Positions 59,633-64,000 of a stretch of 64,000 bases of DNA are shown here, in pieces. The notes under the pieces were generated by a model. That model ran no database searches, had not been told where the DNA came from, and saw only the letters and a list, made by a program, of their open reading frames with translations. Origin of the DNA: Acidobacteria bacterium RIFCSPLOWO2_12_FULL_66_21 (GTDB lineage Bacteria; Acidobacteriota; Vicinamibacteria; Vicinamibacterales; 2-12-FULL-66-21); assembly GCA_001767455.1 (NCBI GenBank), contig MELC01000088.1:11939-75938 (forward strand). The letters are read 5' to 3'. Positions within the stretch are counted from its first letter, which is position 1, and each line of letters opens with the position of its first letter. The translations under genes and the position numbers were made by a program.

Positions 59633-59926
59633 ATGTCTCTTGAAGCGCTGGGGATGGTTGAAACAAAAGGACTCATCGGCTCAATCGAGGCGGCCGATGC
59701 CATGGTCAAGGCGGCCAACGTCATCCTCGTGGGGAAGGAATATATTGGCGCGGGGTATGTCACCGTGCTGGTGCGCGGCGACGTCGGCGCGGTCAAGGCG
59801 GCGACGGATGCCGGCGCGGCCGCCGCGCGGCGCGTCGGCGAGCTGGTCTCGGTGCACGTCATCCCACGGCCGCATGCCGAAGTCGAGAAGATCCTGCCGA
59901 AGATCAAGGACGTCAAGGCGTCATAA
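59633..59926 (+). CDS. Bacterial microcompartment hexameric shell protein (BMC-H, EutM/PduA/CcmK-like)
   Basis: [36 protein letters not shown]; AAGGA RBS. Confidence 0.96.
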   Translation: MSLEALGMVETKGLIGSIEAADAMVKAANVILVGKEYIGAGYVTVLVRGDVGAVKAATDAGAAAARRVGELVSVHVIPRPHAEVEKILPKIKDVKAS

Positions 59927-59944
59927 CCGCGGCCTCCGTCACGC

Positions 59945-61732
59945 ATGGCTCAACCCACGGCCCAGACCGATCGGGATCTCGCGTCGATCAGCGAAGCCCG
60001 CGCGCTCGCGCGTCGCGCGAAAGAGGCGGCGCCCGCGCTCGCCGAATTCAGCCAGGCGCAGATAGACGCGATCGTCGATGCGATGGCCGCCGCCGCGACG
60101 TCGCAGGCTGAGGCGCTCGCGCGTCTGGCCTGCGAGGAAACCGGCTACGGCGTCGTGGCCGACAAGATCCAGAAGAACCTCTTCGCCTCGGAGCGCATCT
60201 ACAAGTTCATCCGCCCGATGAGGACCGTGGGCGTCGTCGGGCGCCTCGACGATCGCAAGGTCATCGAGATCGCCGAGCCGTTCGGCGTCGTCGCGGCCAT
60301 TGTCCCGACGACGAACCCCACCTCGACGGCGATCTACAAGATCCTGATCGCGATCAAGGCGCGCTGTCCTGTCGTCATCAGCCCGCACCCCTCCGCCGTC
60401 AGGTGCATCACCCGCACGGCGGAGCTGATGGCCGCCGCCGCGCGGGGCGCGGGCGCGCCCGAGGGCGCCATCAACTGGATGACGATCGTCACGCTCGAAG
60501 GCACGCAGGAGCTGATGAAGGCGCGCGAAGTGGCGCTCATCCTCGCGACCGGCGGGATGGGCCTGGTCCGCGCGGCGTACAGCGCCGGGAAGCCCGCCTA
60601 CGGCGTGGGTCCGGGGAATGCCCCGGCGTACATCGAGCGGACGGCCGATGTCCCGAAGGCGGTGCGCGACATCGTGACCGGGAAGACCTTCGACAACGGC
60701 CTGCTCTGCTCGTCGGAGAATTCGGTCGTGGTGGACGCGCCGCTCGCCGACGAGGTGAAGCGCCAGTTCGTCGCCAACGGCGCGCATTTCCTGTCCGCGC
60801 AGGAAATTGACACGCTCGGACGCGCGCTCGTCACGCCGCAGCGGCTCCCGAACCCGGCGTTTGTCGGGAAGAGCGCGGTCTACATCGCCCAGCAGGCCGG
60901 CATCAGCGTGGCCCCCTCGACGCGCGTGTTGATCGCCGAGCTGGCGGGCGTCGGCCGCGATTATCCGTTGTCGATCGAGAAGCTCTGCCCGGTCCTCTCC
61001 TTCTATGTGGTGCAGGACTGGCGGGAGGGCTGCGAGCGCTGCAAACAGATTCTGCGCTACGGCGGGATGGGTCACACGATGTCGATCCACTCGCGCAACG
61101 AAGACGTCATCCTCGAGTTCGGGCTGAAGAAGCCCGCCTTCCGCATCGTTGTCAACACGCCGACGACGCTGGGATCGATCGGGTTCACGACGGGACTCGA
61201 TCCGTCGATGACCCTGGGCTGCGGCGGATGGGGCGGCAACATCACGTCCGACAACATCTCGCCGCGGCATCTGCTGAACATCAAGCGCCTCGCGTATGAG
61301 ACGACCCCGGCGCCCGCCTACGCTGCCGCGAAGGGGCCGGACGCCACGGCGGGTAAACCTGGAGGGGCGACGGACTCTGGGTTACCGAAAGCCCCGGTCC
61401 CGCCACCGCAGCCCGGCGGGATCGCCGCTGAATCGCTCGCGCGGCGCATCGACCAGTTCCTCGCCTCCCGGGGGTACACGCCGCCCGGGACAGGCGCGCC
61501 CGCACACCCGCCGCCGGCGGCCCCGGCCCATCCCGCCGCCGGTCCGGCGCCGGCAGCAAATCCTGTCGATCGCGCGGAAAAAACTGCCGACTTCGTCTGC
61601 GAAGAAGACGTCCGGCAGGCCATCCGCCAGGGTCGCAAGATTGTGATCGGCGACCGTACAATCATCACGCCCGCCGCGCGGGACCTCGCCCTGGCGCACC
61701 GCGTCTTCGTCGAAGCCGCCTGGCCGCGCTAG
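59945..61732 (+). CDS. Acylating aldehyde dehydrogenase, BMC-associated, with C-terminal extension
   Basis: [28 protein letters not shown] (catalytic Cys), [17 protein letters not shown]. Confidence 0.92.
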   Translation: MAQPTAQTDRDLASISEARALARRAKEAAPALAEFSQAQIDAIVDAMAAAATSQAEALARLACEETGYGVVADKIQKNLFASERIYKFIRPMRTVGVVGRLDDRKVIEIAEPFGVVAAIVPTTNPTSTAIYKILIAIKARCPVVISPHPSAVRCITRTAELMAAAARGAGAPEGAINWMTIVTLEGTQELMKAREVALILATGGMGLVRAAYSAGKPAYGVGPGNAPAYIERTADVPKAVRDIVTGKTFDNGLLCSSENSVVVDAPLADEVKRQFVANGAHFLSAQEIDTLGRALVTPQRLPNPAFVGKSAVYIAQQAGISVAPSTRVLIAELAGVGRDYPLSIEKLCPVLSFYVVQDWREGCERCKQILRYGGMGHTMSIHSRNEDVILEFGLKKPAFRIVVNTPTTLGSIGFTTGLDPSMTLGCGGWGGNITSDNISPRHLLNIKRLAYETTPAPAYAAAKGPDATAGKPGGATDSGLPKAPVPPPQPGGIAAESLARRIDQFLASRGYTPPGTGAPAHPPPAAPAHPAAGPAPAANPVDRAEKTADFVCEEDVRQAIRQGRKIVIGDRTIITPAARDLALAHRVFVEAAWPR

Positions 61733-61733
61733 A

Positions 61734-61761
61734 GGGTCAGCCCCTTGAGGGGCCTGACCCC
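61734..61761. repeat. Palindrome GGGTCAGCCCCT-TG-AGGGGCCTGACCC just after the aldehyde dehydrogenase stop (REP-like or terminator)
   Basis: Near-perfect stem; resembles the GGGGTCAGACCCC motif at 27216-27266. Confidence 0.55.
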
Positions 61762-61797
61762 GCCTTCGGCTTACTGTTGAGGCTCAACGACTTAGGG

Positions 61798-61827
61798 TTG
61801 ACCTTTTGCCTCGGCAGATGTTAAGCT
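61798..61827 (+). promoter_or_regulatory. Probable promoter of the mltD-like gene
   Basis: TTGACC-N18-TAAGCT with extended -10 TG. Confidence 0.45.
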
Positions 61828-62011
61828 GGCGCCCCAGCAATTCTTTGTCAGGTTCCAGCCACGCGGGAGTCACGGTCGGTGGCGGGAGCACGTCCGGCCA
61901 TCAAGGGAAAACACGGGTCGACCCCCTTGGGGGAGCGACCTCTACAAGGGTACTTGGCTTGCAGAGCTCCGGCTCGTGCATAAGCCCCCAGCCCTTGCGG
62001 GAGCGCCCAGC

Positions 62012-63724
62012 ATGAACAGACGTGCCTGGCTGCCTGCCTTGGCGGTCATCGGATTCTCGACAGCCGTCGCGTGCGGCGCCAACCCGAAGCCGCAGGTGCC
62101 GGTCGTGACGCCGACCGTTCCGAAGGTCGCTCCCCCGCAGCCGCCAGTGGCGCCTCCCCGTTCCGATCCCATTGCCACGCTGATCGCCTCGTCCGAAGCC
62201 CATTTCACGGAGGGCGAGCGCGAATTGAAGCTCGGCCATCTCGAGCGTGCGCGCGCGGACTTCGATCGCGCCGTCGACATCCTGCTCGAATCGCCGTACG
62301 GCGCGCGGACCGACGATCGGCTCCGGCAGCATTTCGATCGGCTGATCGATCGGATCAACGCGCACGAGACCACAGCGCTCGCTCAGGGGGACGGGTTCTC
62401 CGAGAAGCAGTCGGAGCCCGCGTCAATCGACGAGCTGCTGAAGATCGCCACATTCCCGCAGCCCGCGGCCGACGCGACCACGACGGCGGCCGTGAAGACG
62501 GACCTGGCCACGACCGAACACGACATTCCGATTTCGCAGAATGCCAAGGTCCTGTCGTACGTCGAGCTGTTCCAGACCCGGCTGCGCGACTACATCGGCG
62601 AGAGCCTGACGCGCGGCACGAAGTACCTCCCGATGATTCAGAACGTGTTCCGCGCCGAGGGACTGCCGCTGGACCTCGCGTACATTCCGATCATCGAGAG
62701 CGGGTTCAAGACGAACGCGCTCTCAAAGGCGAAGGCGAAGGGGCCCTGGCAGTTCATGACCGCGACGGCGCGCGAGAACGGCCTGAAGCACGACTGGTTC
62801 GTGGACGAGCGCTCGGATCCCGAGAAGGCGACGATCGCCGCCGCGCGGTACCTGAAGACGCTCAGCAAGATGTTCGACGGCGACTGGAACCTGGTCCTCG
62901 CCGCGTACAACGGCGGCCCCGGGCGCGTGCAGCGCGCGATGAAACGGTCAGGCAAACAGGACTTCTGGGAGATCACCGGCAGCTCGAGATTCCTGCCGAA
63001 GGAGACGCGCGAGTACGTGCCGCTGATCCTCGCCGCGATGATCGTGGCGAAGAACCCGGTGCAGTACGGATTCGACATCGTGGCGCACGATCCGATCGCG
63101 TACGACAAAGTCCGGGTGCCGCACGCCATCGACCTGCGGCGCGTGGCCGAATGGACCGGCACGTCGATCGACGAGATCCAGGCGCTGAACCCCGAGCTGC
63201 GGCGCTGGACGACTCCGGTCAAGTATCCGGACTTCGAGCTGAAGGTGCCCTCCGGCACCGGCGACACGTTCAAGGCGAAGCTGGCCGACGCGTCGTCGAC
63301 GGACCTGACGGCGCTGAAGTGGCACACCGTCAAGAAGGGTGAGACGCTGTCGACCGTCGCGCGCCGGCTGCAGGTCAGCCGCACGGATCTGGCGGAGGCA
63401 AACAGCCTGTCGGTCAAGTCGCGCGTGCGCCCCGGACAGGAGCTCGTCATCCCGCGTGCGCCCGCCACGCTCCTGGCGACACGCACGGAGCGGCCCGCTC
63501 CGGCCGTGATTGCGTCGCGTTCGCTCGCCGGCTCGGCGGACGTCCAGACGGCGGGACGCGGCGAGAGTCCGACCGTGTACCGCGTCAAGCGCGGGGACAC
63601 GCTCTTCTCGATCGCGCGGCTGTTCAACACGACAGTCGCCAACATCAAGAGCTGGAACAAGCTGCGCGGCAACGCGCTGGCCGTCGGCGCGCGCCTGAAG
63701 ATCCTCGCTTCGCGCAGCCGCTAG
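62012..63724 (+). CDS. mltD: MltD-like lytic transglycosylase lipoprotein with LysM domains
   Basis: Lipobox AVAC; IIESG, GPWQFM, LAAYNGG, ETREYVP; LysM motifs HTVKKGETL and YRVKRGDTL. Confidence 0.9.
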   Translation: MNRRAWLPALAVIGFSTAVACGANPKPQVPVVTPTVPKVAPPQPPVAPPRSDPIATLIASSEAHFTEGERELKLGHLERARADFDRAVDILLESPYGARTDDRLRQHFDRLIDRINAHETTALAQGDGFSEKQSEPASIDELLKIATFPQPAADATTTAAVKTDLATTEHDIPISQNAKVLSYVELFQTRLRDYIGESLTRGTKYLPMIQNVFRAEGLPLDLAYIPIIESGFKTNALSKAKAKGPWQFMTATARENGLKHDWFVDERSDPEKATIAAARYLKTLSKMFDGDWNLVLAAYNGGPGRVQRAMKRSGKQDFWEITGSSRFLPKETREYVPLILAAMIVAKNPVQYGFDIVAHDPIAYDKVRVPHAIDLRRVAEWTGTSIDEIQALNPELRRWTTPVKYPDFELKVPSGTGDTFKAKLADASSTDLTALKWHTVKKGETLSTVARRLQVSRTDLAEANSLSVKSRVRPGQELVIPRAPATLLATRTERPAPAVIASRSLAGSADVQTAGRGESPTVYRVKRGDTLFSIARLFNTTVANIKSWNKLRGNALAVGARLKILASRSR

Positions 63725-63837
63725 GCAGAAGCCGCAATGCCGGCGCGGCTGGCTGCCGCAATTTCTGCGATATTCCTCCGCCGGCGTGCTGAATTGCGCG
63801 GGATTCGGGCTGCCCCGCGCCTTGCACGCTCCACCGC

Positions 63838-64000
63838 GTGCTGGCATGCGTCCGCACCGCGGCGGTCTTCGGCATCGAGGCCTGTCCCGTCCAGGTCGAG
63901 GTTGACGTCTCGTACGGGCTGCCGGGCTTCACGCTGGTCGGCCTTGCGGACGTCAGCGTCCGCGAGAGCCGCGATCGGGTCCGCAGCGCCATCCGCAATT
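63838..64000 (+). CDS. ComM/YifB-family Mg-chelatase-like ATPase, N-terminus (truncated by window edge)
   Basis: GTG start; translates to MLACVRTAAVFGIEACPVQVEVDVSYGLPGFTLVGLADVSVRESRDRVRSAIRN; not in the ORF track. Confidence 0.9.
   Translation, partial: MLACVRTAAVFGIEACPVQVEVDVSYGLPGFTLVGLADVSVRESRDRVRSAIRN

Overview
A high-GC, gene-dense chromosomal window. Gene content suggests Acidobacteriota, probably class Vicinamibacteria (inference from the fused lptFG, carboxypeptidase-regulatory/TonB-type receptor, secretin with a cohesin-like tail and the style of intergenic repeats). In order it holds: dnaE (partial)-accA-recJ-lptC/A-lptB-rpoN-hpf-hprK-rapZ-EIIA-HPr-EI-cupin-ssb; a tol-pal operon; recN-miaB-DUF151-parA-parB followed by a clear 28-bp dif site; fused lptFG; a PHP-like hydrolase, metK and xerD; a MurNAc/GlcNAc utilisation locus; a T2SS/type IV pilus-like cluster; a BMC shell gene plus aldehyde dehydrogenase; an MltD-like LysM transglycosylase; and the start of comM/yifB. 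The most notable points are: (1) a ParAB pair about 200 bp from dif, with a candidate parS-like palindrome inside parB, suggesting a terminus-linked partition module; (2) many families of 7/8-mer arrays, REP-like palindromes and dispersed composite elements that supply start regions and stop codons or sit in frame inside genes; (3) a satellite BMC aldehyde dehydrogenase with an EutQ-like tail; (4) two genes whose apparent N-termini lack ATG/GTG/TTG; (5) frequent apparently leaderless promoters. All calls come from reading the sequence; no searches were run.
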